Shown here piece after piece: positions 30,197-39,490 of a DNA stretch of 64,000 nt. The stretch comes from Candidatus Poribacteria bacterium (lineage in GTDB: Bacteria; Poribacteria; WGA-4E; WGA-3G), in assembly GCA_963663765.2 (NCBI GenBank), contig CAXXUA010000005.1, positions 64,001 to 128,000 of the forward strand, given 5' to 3'. A program made the translations under genes and the position numbers. Within the stretch, counting starts at the first letter, position 1. Every line of letters starts with the position of its first letter. Under the pieces are notes generated by a model. The model ran no database searches. It was not told the DNA's origin and saw only the letters and a program-made list of their open reading frames with translations.

Positions 30197-31242
30197 GGGA
30201 TTACTACCTTAACGGGGATCGTTATCTCTGGTACATCCGGATGGGTTGTGAATATCTGGATCGTTCCCTCAATAAGTCCAGATGATGGACCGTCGGTCTT
30301 CGGTGTGATAGCAAGTGCCACCTCATGTGCCGTTTGCGGTTCCTTCGAAAGGGACGCAGTTACCGAAAAATTATCTGCAGTTATCTTTTTCAAAGCGAAG
30401 GGGCGGTTGCTATCTGTCCTGATTTGAACCTTCTTCTGCACGCTTTTACCTGAGCCATCCAAAACACCCAGAAACAGGTTCTGTGGTAACACCACAATCC
30501 CACCTAACACGCGACCGCGGAATTCAATTGACATTTCCAAATCATTTGAATCGGTTCCAGGGAGTACTTCTTGTGCTTGTGCGGTAATCGTTAGCGACTC
30601 ACTATATAAGCCTACATTGTTCAAGTTTAAAACTGCTTCACATTCCAAACTCTTGCCTGCAGGTATGATCTTTTTCGATAACGTGACAGCGATGTTTTTG
30701 TTGCTCACCGTGTGCTTGGCTATCTCAACGGCGTTCTTCAAGTTATTTGTAAACTTTATCTTTTTAGAAACAAGTGTTCCTTTTTCAAGTTGCCCTAATT
30801 CAATTTTATTGGGATATGCCACAGGAGGTAGAATAACTCCTGAAACTTGTAATTGCACCATTGGAATAGAAGGATCATTGGTGTAGACGAAGACGTACTG
30901 ACGAAAACCTCCGACATCTCTTTCAACCGCTACCCGAATTTCACCTTTATCCCCTGGTGTTATCTTATCTGAAGAGGTGTTCGTCGCAACGCATCCACAA
31001 TCTGAGTCTATCTTTTGAATGTGTAGTGGGGCATTGCCTTCGTTGGTAAAAGAGAAGGTCGTAGTTATCTTCGAACCGACAATGAAAGGTTCTGCGAATT
31101 TATGCGTTTCTTTTGAAAACACAATTTTAGAGGCGCGATTAGAAGTGCAACCCTGCAACAATTGAAAACTACCAAACATCGTTAAAAACATTAGAAATAT
31201 AGAAAAGTAATACATATATGAATCCCTTATTCCAGCAGTCAA
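30193..31242 (-). CDS. DUF1573 Ig-like domain protein with two further Ig-like domains
   Basis: Motifs F.FTNEGNAPLHI..IDSDCGCV, ITPG..GEI.V, VYTNDP. Confidence 0.85.
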   Translation of the reverse strand: MTAGIRDSYMYYFSIFLMFLTMFGSFQLLQGCTSNRASKIVFSKETHKFAEPFIVGSKITTTFSFTNEGNAPLHIQKIDSDCGCVATNTSSDKITPGDKGEIRVAVERDVGGFRQYVFVYTNDPSIPMVQLQVSGVILPPVAYPNKIELGQLEKGTLVSKKIKFTNNLKNAVEIAKHTVSNKNIAVTLSKKIIPAGKSLECEAVLNLNNVGLYSESLTITAQAQEVLPGTDSNDLEMSIEFRGRVLGGIVVLPQNLFLGVLDGSGKSVQKKVQIRTDSNRPFALKKITADNFSVTASLSKEPQTAHEVALAITPKTDGPSSGLIEGTIQIFTTHPDVPEITIPVKVVIP

Positions 31243-31358
31243 ACTTGTTCTGCTAAATACTTAAAAGAAAACTTGGTGCCTACTGCAGCAAAACATATCA
31301 TAACTCACCGATCAAGCATTGCAGATTAGAAAACTAAAAATTAGAATAGAAAAACGTT

Positions 31359-32444
31359 TCATTTTGTTGTTTCGTTATCTATCTCCTTCTTCGGAATTTC
31401 ATCACGAATCCACTTCTGTCCGCCTCCATCATCGTTAAGTTCTGACTTATCCCAATCGAAGAAATCGATAGGAAGTCCAAGATTGAAGTCCATTTCTTTG
31501 ATCACCATTATGGTACGCCTTCGCTTAAAACCATCTCTACCGCGAAACTCGTGCATCTCACGGACTTTGGGGACGGTGATATTTAAACTGTCAACACGCT
31601 CAAAATCGCTATATATACTTACTAAACGTAACCAATATCCCTCCGCATCCGCATGAGGTGAGTCACTCTTATAATATAACTCTTCACGAGTTACCTCTGG
31701 TAAACCAGACTCAATCTTGACATATAATTTTATTTTTATCTTTTCACCATACAGATAAGTTATGAGATAGATAGGTTCATCAATATTTTCTTCTAATAGA
31801 TGGACTTTGGATTCTGTTACATTAATAAGGTAAGTAGGCAGTATCTTTATCGCCGTAATCACCTCGGGCAAAGTAGGAATGTCACGTATTATAAAGGTAC
31901 CAATTGGAGCATTATTTTTAACTTGTGCTGGTAGGATTTCCTTAAGGGTTACAGTGCCATTTGATGTGAAAAAGGATTGACCACCGCCATTAAAGAAACG
32001 TAATGACTCAAAGGATGGATAGTTTTCAAAACGAGAAATAGCCTCCATACGAAAAGCGTATGGAGATGCCTTTTGAAACACAAGATTAAATTCTACAAAG
32101 GTGAACTTCTTATTAGAATCTCTAAATTTGCCGAACTTTTTTTCTTCTTCAATATGTCTCAAAATATCCTTCCGGAGTCCCTCCGGATTATCGCTTTTCG
32201 GCGGATTCTCACGCAGCTGCCTTTCATAATCTTTTATTAAAAATTGATTTGAATTCCTGATTTCAGGAAAATGTTCATAGTAGAGAAATTTCATTTCTCC
32301 ATCTTGTATCAGAGTTTTCGAATAATTTAACAATTGTATTAGATCTTTCGCATCCACTTGATTCTCCTGTTCTGAAAAAGATTCTTCTATACTTAGACCA
32401 CAGAACATAAGCACTATTGAAAAAAGAAAGATATAAATTCTCAT
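31359..32444 (-). CDS. Secreted hypothetical protein
   Basis: 361-aa ORF with a signal peptide and a C-terminal DFNLGLP.DFF motif. Confidence 0.7.
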   Translation of the reverse strand: MRIYIFLFSIVLMFCGLSIEESFSEQENQVDAKDLIQLLNYSKTLIQDGEMKFLYYEHFPEIRNSNQFLIKDYERQLRENPPKSDNPEGLRKDILRHIEEEKKFGKFRDSNKKFTFVEFNLVFQKASPYAFRMEAISRFENYPSFESLRFFNGGGQSFFTSNGTVTLKEILPAQVKNNAPIGTFIIRDIPTLPEVITAIKILPTYLINVTESKVHLLEENIDEPIYLITYLYGEKIKIKLYVKIESGLPEVTREELYYKSDSPHADAEGYWLRLVSIYSDFERVDSLNITVPKVREMHEFRGRDGFKRRRTIMVIKEMDFNLGLPIDFFDWDKSELNDDGGGQKWIRDEIPKKEIDNETTK

Positions 32445-32690
32445 TAAACTTCCTTCTATAAACTAAAACTGGGTTTAAGAATAAAGATGATTGGAGAACT
32501 CCTATGGTATAATGAAGTACAACCATTTTCCAAACGGAGTTCTCCATGGATAGTATAAAACTATTAGTATAAAACTATTTTACGGTACTGATAACTTCCT
32601 AATCCATTTTGAATTCCGAATGAAAGTCAAAATATTTCCACTTGTGAAGGATAATTTATTCGCATACGCAAACTGCGGACACATTACTGT

Positions 32691-32729
32691 AAAAAAAGTT
32701 TTGCAGAAGTACGACACAGCACTTCTACA
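32691..32729 (-). terminator. Intrinsic terminator after the Cys-rich ORF
   Basis: Minus strand GTAGAAGT-loop-ACTTCTGC followed by AAAACTTTTTTT. Confidence 0.55.
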
Positions 32730-32737
32730 TAAAGTTT

Positions 32738-33013
32738 TTACGTAAAATCTTCCTGATGATAACAATCTTTGAAATTCTCTGTAGATCCACCTGTAGATAG
32801 CTCACTGCATTTCCCCTTTTTGGGATAACCTCCATCTGGATTAGCGGGAACCCAATAACAGTCTATCGTGCCAATCACCTCGTCCGTGCCAGGAGTCATA
32901 AAACACAAATACCCTATACCCTCTTTATCACAATTGCCAGACTTTACAGATTTATATAAGCTTTTGCTGTCACACTCATCCTCGTCATAATTACTACATC
33001 CTCCTATGACCAC
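32738..33013 (-). CDS. Small Cys-rich peptide, probably 5'-truncated
   Basis: 91 aa with 7 Cys; begins VIGG-C; in-frame stop just upstream at a T10 run; terminator downstream. Confidence 0.55.
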   Translation of the reverse strand: MVIGGCSNYDEDECDSKSLYKSVKSGNCDKEGIGYLCFMTPGTDEVIGTIDCYWVPANPDGGYPKKGKCSELSTGGSTENFKDCYHQEDFT

Positions 33014-33049
33014 ATTTTCCCCATCCTTGTAATTTTTTTTTTAATTTGG

Positions 33050-33171
33050 CAGGACTTACGCACCCAACGGTAGGCGTGCTTTGTAAGCGCGCTGGAAGCA
33101 CAAATAATGTTGAAAATTACATCATTTTCATCACAATTCTTGATTAAATCATGAAAACTGCGTAAGTCCTA
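33050..33171 (-). mobile_element. MITE family A copy
   Basis: Ends CAGGACTTACGCA / TGCGTAAGTCCTA; TTTGG on both flanks. Confidence 0.85.
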
Positions 33172-33754
33172 TTTGGTACACAATTTGTCAGTATGTGGCG
33201 CACTGAATATAGTAAGGGAATTAGTCGTTTTGGGATTAAGAATCTCGCCAGAAATTTATTAAGATGAATTCTATAACAGATCAACAAGGGACTATATCCC
33301 GACAGAAGTTATTCAGAAATATTCAGATCGTATAAAAACTCTAAACGAGTTTATAGAAATGCTAACGTTTACTCTTGAATAGTATAAAACTCATGGCATA
33401 GCATAAGGATTCGCCACATTAAAGCATCAAATCTTATATCAAAATTACTTTCTCTTGAAACTTACACTTTCATTGACAAACTTATCAAAGATGTCAATGC
33501 TCCTATAGTTATACTTATAGCACGCCTCTGCCAGATACCTTACTATTACCCATAAGTGGAATTGGAGGGACAAAGGCTCGACATGCTGCTGTAGGAGGAG
33601 TTTCTAACCCCGATAGAGGACAGAAAACTGGTCATAAGAACTAAAAAACCTTGTGAAATTAGTCTAAAAGGCCTATAAAGGTATCCTACATCTAAAATAT
33701 TGGTCAGTTTTCAGGCGTTTTTGAGCAACAGGCACCTACAAAAGACTTAACGGA

Positions 33755-34589
33755 CTATACCCAAAAACTTATGGGTAATAGTAAGGCCAGATACATGGGC
33801 GTATATCCAGTTGAATAGTGATGGTGACTACCATACCAAGCGCGTTTGACAAATGACCAAAATCCTTCAATCTTGTTCGTATGAAGTTCACCTGCTTCCC
33901 ATTGTTCACTTCGGTTCAGAGTTTCGTGTTCCATCTCTTTCCCAATGATATTATATCCTGTAAATTGATCCGTATAGAGTGTTGCATTTTCCGTATCCAC
34001 ATTTTCGCGTATAAAGTTCGCAATCGTTTCACCAGAGATGTCAGGTATCATTTCAGCAACAACGTGTCCATTGCGTGCTACCGCACACCGATAACAGCGT
34101 CTTTCATTGTGCCACGACCGCGTTTACGGGGTTCATCTGCGTCTCGGTCGTAATCCTTCTTGCGCTTTCCCCGATGTAAGTTTCATCAGCTTCAACGATA
34201 CCTTCTAATAACGATGAATTTTTTGCCATCTCTACACGTATCTTCATCATTATACGCCATGCAGCACGTTGCTGCAAACCTAAATCGCGTGCAAGTTGGC
34301 AACTTGATAAACTTTTCTTTGCATTTGCCATCAGCACAATCGCTAAAAACCACAACTGCAGCGGTATCTTTGTGCCTTGAAAGATTGTACCACTGGTCAC
34401 TTTGAACGATGCTCCACAATCCCCGCAGTGCCAGCGTCCAATGCGTCCTGTGCCGCTCTCATTTTTGCGTTTTAGGTGTTTACCTTCACACTTCGGACAT
34501 CTGGACTTATTTCCCCACCGTATCCCCTCAAGATGTTCAGTACACGCCCCTTGATTAGGGAATCGTTCCATTACTTTGATCAAATCCAT
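33755..34589 (-). pseudogene. IS1595-family transposase, frameshifted and 3'-truncated
   Basis: Zn ribbon CPKC..CGDC and HTH, then EADETYIG with a frameshift near 34170; the second frame carries YTD..GY and HTNKIEGFWS.VKR. Confidence 0.88.
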
Positions 34590-34606
34590 CAGATACTCCT
34601 ATTGAT

Positions 34607-35116
34607 GGGTGTCTAAAGTTTTTGCACAGAGGTACAAACTTTTGTTCTCTTTAGTCCCGTAGGGACGCAATGTTTATAGATAGGTGTAATCACCCTCTCT
34701 TGAGTTCCGTAGGAACGACATAGAAGAATAAACATATCGTCCCTACGGGACTAAAGAACTGGGAAGGGTACTTGTTTTCTATAAACATATCGTCCCTACG
34801 GGACTGAAGAGTATGGTTGATATTAACAATATTTCCTTATATTGACACCTATGGGTCTCTGTGCCCGCAATCTCTCATTTAATCAGTTGCGGCGGGGTAC
34901 AGAGACCCCATAGGTGTCAACTTAAGGATTTTACCTCTTGTGGGAGGGGTTTGCAACCCCGAATTTATGCGCTTTTCCGCTCAAATCGGGGTTAAAAACC
35001 CCTCCCACAAGAGAAATGCAAACAATATTTTCTTAAGTTGACACCTATGCGGCGGGGTACAGAGACCCCGCTCTACAATGGAGAATGTGCAGTTTGTGCA
35101 AAAACTTTACACACCC
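34607..35116. mobile_element. Composite non-autonomous element with 22-bp TIRs enclosing REP clusters and MITE C
   Basis: Ends GGGTGTCTAAAGTTTTTGCACA / TGTGCAAAAACTTTACACACCC; internal GTCCCGTAGGGACG-type repeats at about 34654-34805. Confidence 0.7.
34909..35049. mobile_element. MITE family C (TIR CATAGGTGTCAACTTAAG) carrying a REP pair
   Basis: Perfect 18-bp TIR; flanked by the 19-bp direct repeat CGGCGGGGTACAGAGACCC; internal GTGGGAGGGGTTT..AACCCCGA inverted pair. Confidence 0.8.
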
Positions 35117-35133
35117 ACACACCCCTATAGATG

Positions 35134-35162
35134 TTGACACCCTACCTAATCTTTGGTATACT
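35134..35162 (+). promoter_or_regulatory. sigma70 promoter for the WD40 cluster
   Basis: TTGACA-17bp-TATACT. Confidence 0.7.
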
Positions 35163-35230
35163 TTTAAAATACGACAAAGCTTAAAGCATTACAAAAAATG
35201 TGCAGAAAGAATTGAAGGAGAGACTGGACT

Positions 35231-37303
35231 ATGAAGACGAAATCATTTTTGCTTTTCATCCTTTCAATTGCGATACTTGCATTCACCCCATATATTCTTG
35301 CGCAAGAGTCCCCCCAATGGCATCTACCGGAAGGTGCAAAAATGCGCATCGGAAAAGGTAAGATAAATGATATAGCATATTCTGCGGACGGTATGCGTTT
35401 GGCAGTAGCGAGTTCCATCGGAATTTGGTTCTACGATGTGCTGACTGGTAAAGAAGTTGACCTACTCATAGGACATACAGATGAAGTCAGAAGTGTATCT
35501 ATCAGTCCAGATGGGGAAAAAATTGCAAGTGGTAGTGCTGACGGTACTATCCGTCTGTGGGATGCAGACACTGGAGACCATATACACACGATAAAAGCAC
35601 ATACGAGTTCTGTATATAAGGTTGAGTTTAGTCCAGATAGTAAGACAATCGGAAGTGGTGGCGTGGGCAGTTATACCTATCTTTGGGATGCAGACACAGG
35701 AAAACTGCTTCACAGGTTCACTCTGCGTACAAATCAACTTAGATACACATTTGCCCATCCTTGGGTCGGAAGTATGGCTTTCAGTTCGGATGGAAAGATT
35801 ATCGCAAGTGGTGGTTCCCACTCAACTGTTCGTCTGTGGAATGTAGAAACAGGACAATCGGTCCACACGCTTACAGGACACTTCTATTGGATAGAAAGTG
35901 TCACATTTAGTCCAGATGGTAAGACACTTGCAAGTTGTGATGGTTTCGGTACCATTCTACTGTGGGATGTTGACACAGGAAAGCACTTTCGTACTCTTGC
36001 TCTTAAAACAAATCAACACGGGTCAGAGGCACGAAAGGTGGTGTTCAGTCCAGATGGAAATACCCTAATAAGTGGTGGTTCAAACGGTATCATCCGACTA
36101 TGGGACATTAAAACGGGAGAATCACTTCGAACGCTTACAGAACATACGTCAGCGGTTATTAGCGTGGTTTTTAGCCCAGATGGAAAAACAATCGCAACTG
36201 GGAGTGTTGACGGGATCATTCGCATGTGGAATGTAGATACTGAACAGTACTTCCGCATACTTACAGGACACACACCATGGGTCTTTAGTGTAGTTTTTAG
36301 CCCAGATGGAAAAACAATCGCAACTGGAAATAGTGTTGGTATTATCCCTTTGTGGAATGTGGGTACAGGAGAACACTTACACACATTCACAGGACATACA
36401 AGAGAAGTCAGAAGTGTAGTGTTCAGCCAGGATGGAAAAACAATCGTAAGCGGAAGCATAGATGAGACCATTCGTCTTTGGGATGTGGATATAGGACAGT
36501 CCTTCCGCATTCTCAAAGTGCCTACGCGGTGGGCTTTTAGCGTTGCGCTCAGTCCAGATTCAAAAGTAATCGCAAGTAGCAGCGGTTTAGGTACTATTCA
36601 TTTTTGGGACGTTGTCAAAGGACACCATATCCGCACACTCACAGGGCACAAGTCAAATGTCAATAGTGTTGTGTTTAGTCCAGATGGAAAAACAATCGCA
36701 AGTGGAGGTGATGATACAACCGTTCGTCTGTGGGATGTGAACACAGGACAATATATCCACATTTTCAATGGACATACGAGTTATGTCACCAGCGTAGCGT
36801 TTAGTCCGGACGGAAAAACAATCGCAAGTGGGAGTTGGGATAAGACTATCCGTCTATCGGACACAGAAACAAGACAACACTTACGGACACTTACAGGAGA
36901 TACGGATTGGGTTGAAAGCGTAGCGTTTAGTCCGGATGGGAAGAATATCGCAAGTGGTAGCAGGGATAAGACCTTCCATCTTTGGGATATGGAAACAGGA
37001 CTACATCTCCGCACATTCAAAGGACATAAGGGGCGGGTTGGAAGCGTAGTATTTAGTCCAGATGGTAATACACTTGCAAGTGGCAGCGGTGACGGTACGG
37101 TGCTACTGTGGGATATTACACCATCACAATTACCCGAAGATGTTAATAAAGACGGTATTGTGAACATTCAGGATTTGGTTATGGTTGCGAATGCTTTTGG
37201 CGAAGCGGCACCTGATCTTAACGGGGATGGTGTTGTTAATATACAGGACTTGGTAATTGTAGCAACGGCATTTGGTAATACAGCTTCCATCACAGATGAA
37301 TAG
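35231..37303 (+). CDS. Secreted WD40-repeat protein with a C-terminal dockerin-like domain (paralogue 1)
   Basis: Signal peptide; about 13-14 GH..V.SV.FSPDG..IASGS.D.T.RLWD repeats; two D.N.DG.VNIQDLV EF-hand-like motifs. Confidence 0.92.
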   Translation: MKTKSFLLFILSIAILAFTPYILAQESPQWHLPEGAKMRIGKGKINDIAYSADGMRLAVASSIGIWFYDVLTGKEVDLLIGHTDEVRSVSISPDGEKIASGSADGTIRLWDADTGDHIHTIKAHTSSVYKVEFSPDSKTIGSGGVGSYTYLWDADTGKLLHRFTLRTNQLRYTFAHPWVGSMAFSSDGKIIASGGSHSTVRLWNVETGQSVHTLTGHFYWIESVTFSPDGKTLASCDGFGTILLWDVDTGKHFRTLALKTNQHGSEARKVVFSPDGNTLISGGSNGIIRLWDIKTGESLRTLTEHTSAVISVVFSPDGKTIATGSVDGIIRMWNVDTEQYFRILTGHTPWVFSVVFSPDGKTIATGNSVGIIPLWNVGTGEHLHTFTGHTREVRSVVFSQDGKTIVSGSIDETIRLWDVDIGQSFRILKVPTRWAFSVALSPDSKVIASSSGLGTIHFWDVVKGHHIRTLTGHKSNVNSVVFSPDGKTIASGGDDTTVRLWDVNTGQYIHIFNGHTSYVTSVAFSPDGKTIASGSWDKTIRLSDTETRQHLRTLTGDTDWVESVAFSPDGKNIASGSRDKTFHLWDMETGLHLRTFKGHKGRVGSVVFSPDGNTLASGSGDGTVLLWDITPSQLPEDVNKDGIVNIQDLVMVANAFGEAAPDLNGDGVVNIQDLVIVATAFGNTASITDE

Positions 37304-37347
37304 CTACCTAATCTATAGCTTATGACTATAAGAGAAAGGAAAAAACA

Positions 37348-39390
37348 ATGAAGATTAAGTCATCTTTGATTATTTCCCTTTTGTTTGCAATACTTGCTTT
37401 CGTTACAACCACTATTGCACAAGATTCGACACAGTGGCAACTACCAATAGGTGCGAAAATGCGCCTCGGTAAAGGTATATTAAAGGATGTAGAATATTCT
37501 CCAGATGGCACACGTTTAGCAGTGACAAGTTCATTAGGTATTTGGTTCTATGACGCTCACACTGGAAGAGAACTATATCTGATTACTGAACATATAGGTG
37601 CGGTCAATAGTGTCGCGTTTAGTCCGATTGATAAAATATTCGCAAGTGGCGGCAGCGATGGTACTATCCGTCTGTGGGGAATAGAAACAGGAAAACATAT
37701 TCGTACTATCAGAGCACATTGGTATGGAATTAGTAACGTTGCGTTTAGTCCAGATGGAAAAACTATCGCAAGTGTTAGTTCGAATGACTCCATCCGTCTG
37801 TGGGATGCAGACACAGGACAACACATACGAGCTTTTACAGGTTCTACGTCTGGCAGCTTCAAAGTTGTTTTTAGTCCAGATGGAAAAACTATCGCAAGTC
37901 GGGAAGCACACGGTGTGATCTGTCTATGGAATGTGGACTTAGGTGAAAAAATACACACTCTCAAAGCACATCCGTATTGGGTCAGTAATGTTGTGTTTAG
38001 TCCAGACGGTAATGCTGTCGTAAGTAGTGGTTCAGATGATGCCATCCGTTTTTGGGATGTTGATACAGGAGAAAATATCCGTACGATAAATGTCTCAAGT
38101 AATGGTGGCGTTATTGTTAAATTAAGTCCGGATGGAAAGACAATCGCATACGGTATGGGTTATAATATTAACCTATTGGATGTGGAAACAGGACAACACA
38201 TCCGTAAACTGATTGGACATACGTATTATGTCAGAAAGATCGTGTTCAGTCCAGATGGAAAAAAAATCGCAAGTAGCAGTTTGGACAACACTGTCCGTCT
38301 GTGGGTTGCAAACACTGGACAAAACCCTTTGACAATAACGGGGTACACCTCAGACATGCTTACCATAGCCTTCAGTCCAGATGGAAGAATCTTGGCAAGT
38401 GGCAGTATTTCTGGGAACATCCATCTGTGGGATGCGGATACAGGAAAAGAAATTCGCTCATTCAGGTCGCATGTGGACCAAGTCAATAGCGTGGCGTTTA
38501 GTCCAGACGGGAAGATTCTTGCAAGTGGCAGTGCGGACAATTCGATCCACCAATGGGATGTGGACTCAGGACAATACCTCCGCACACTATTAGGACACAT
38601 TTCATGGAACAATGGCAGTAGGCGCAAGTATCAGGCAAATAGCATCGTTTTTAGTCCGGATGGAAAAATGATCGCATGCGGTATTGGAGATAACACCGTC
38701 CATCTGTGGGTTGCAGACACTGGTCAACACATCCGCACTTTCACTGGGCATACCGCTGCAGTCAATAGTGTAGCATTCAGTCCTGATAGCATGATAATCG
38801 CAAGCGGGAGTGATGATAAGACCGTCTGTTTGTGGAATGTGCAAACAGGAGAACAAATCCTTAAATTTTCAGAGCACACGTCAGATGTCCTCAGCGTTGT
38901 ATTCAGTCCGAATGGTAAGCTAATCGCAAGCGGGAGTGATGACAAAACCTTCCGCTTGTTGAATGTGGGCTCTGGAAAACCCCATCTACATACGCCCATA
39001 GGACATGCGTACCGAGTCAATAGCGTCGCATTTAGTCCGGATGGGTACAAAATCGCAAGTGGCACTTCAGATGGGAACATTCGTCTCTGGGTTGTGAACA
39101 CAGGTCAATACATCCGAATCCTCACAGGACACACGTCTGATGTCCAAAGTGTAGCATTCAGCACAGATGGCAAGACACTTGCAAGCGGAAGCAAAGATGG
39201 TACAGTGCTACTTTGGGATATTGTACCTTCTCATCTGCCCGAAGATGTCAATCAAGACGGTGTTGTCAATATATTAGATCTAACTCATGTTGCCTCACAC
39301 TTCGGTGAGTATGGTCAAATCCATTTAGATGTCAATGGAGATGGAATAGTCAATATTTTAGATTTGGTACAAGTCGCAGCGGCTTTTTGA
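37348..39390 (+). CDS. Secreted WD40 + dockerin-like protein (paralogue 2)
   Basis: Same architecture; QWQLPIGAKMRLGKG N-cap and EDVNQDGVVNILDL. Confidence 0.92.
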   Translation: MKIKSSLIISLLFAILAFVTTTIAQDSTQWQLPIGAKMRLGKGILKDVEYSPDGTRLAVTSSLGIWFYDAHTGRELYLITEHIGAVNSVAFSPIDKIFASGGSDGTIRLWGIETGKHIRTIRAHWYGISNVAFSPDGKTIASVSSNDSIRLWDADTGQHIRAFTGSTSGSFKVVFSPDGKTIASREAHGVICLWNVDLGEKIHTLKAHPYWVSNVVFSPDGNAVVSSGSDDAIRFWDVDTGENIRTINVSSNGGVIVKLSPDGKTIAYGMGYNINLLDVETGQHIRKLIGHTYYVRKIVFSPDGKKIASSSLDNTVRLWVANTGQNPLTITGYTSDMLTIAFSPDGRILASGSISGNIHLWDADTGKEIRSFRSHVDQVNSVAFSPDGKILASGSADNSIHQWDVDSGQYLRTLLGHISWNNGSRRKYQANSIVFSPDGKMIACGIGDNTVHLWVADTGQHIRTFTGHTAAVNSVAFSPDSMIIASGSDDKTVCLWNVQTGEQILKFSEHTSDVLSVVFSPNGKLIASGSDDKTFRLLNVGSGKPHLHTPIGHAYRVNSVAFSPDGYKIASGTSDGNIRLWVVNTGQYIRILTGHTSDVQSVAFSTDGKTLASGSKDGTVLLWDIVPSHLPEDVNQDGVVNILDLTHVASHFGEYGQIHLDVNGDGIVNILDLVQVAAAF

Positions 39391-39490
39391 AATCATACAT
39401 CCCATAATAATGTTGATATCCGTAACAATGTCGCTTATCTGACATACCCTTACGTATGAAGAAATACTACATGTATGAAGAAATACTACA

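Noticed and set aside
31261-31362. Possible selenocysteine read-through of MKRFSILIFSFLICNA-TGA
   Set aside because: The frame closes soon after and no SECIS or redox motif is evident; better explained as a gene remnant.
33177-33382. Plus-strand coding-like stretch (..GALNIVRELVVLGLRISPEIY*DEFYNRS..)
   Set aside because: It has an internal stop, no start and no recognisable family; it may be pseudogene debris but cannot be called.
29187-34589. Active composite transposon
   Set aside because: Both IS1595 copies are truncated or frameshifted, and no intact IS ends or TSD could be identified.
34654-34810. Repeated palindromic units resembling a mini CRISPR array
   Set aside because: Units occur in both orientations with irregular spacing and no cas genes are present; this fits a REP-like cluster.
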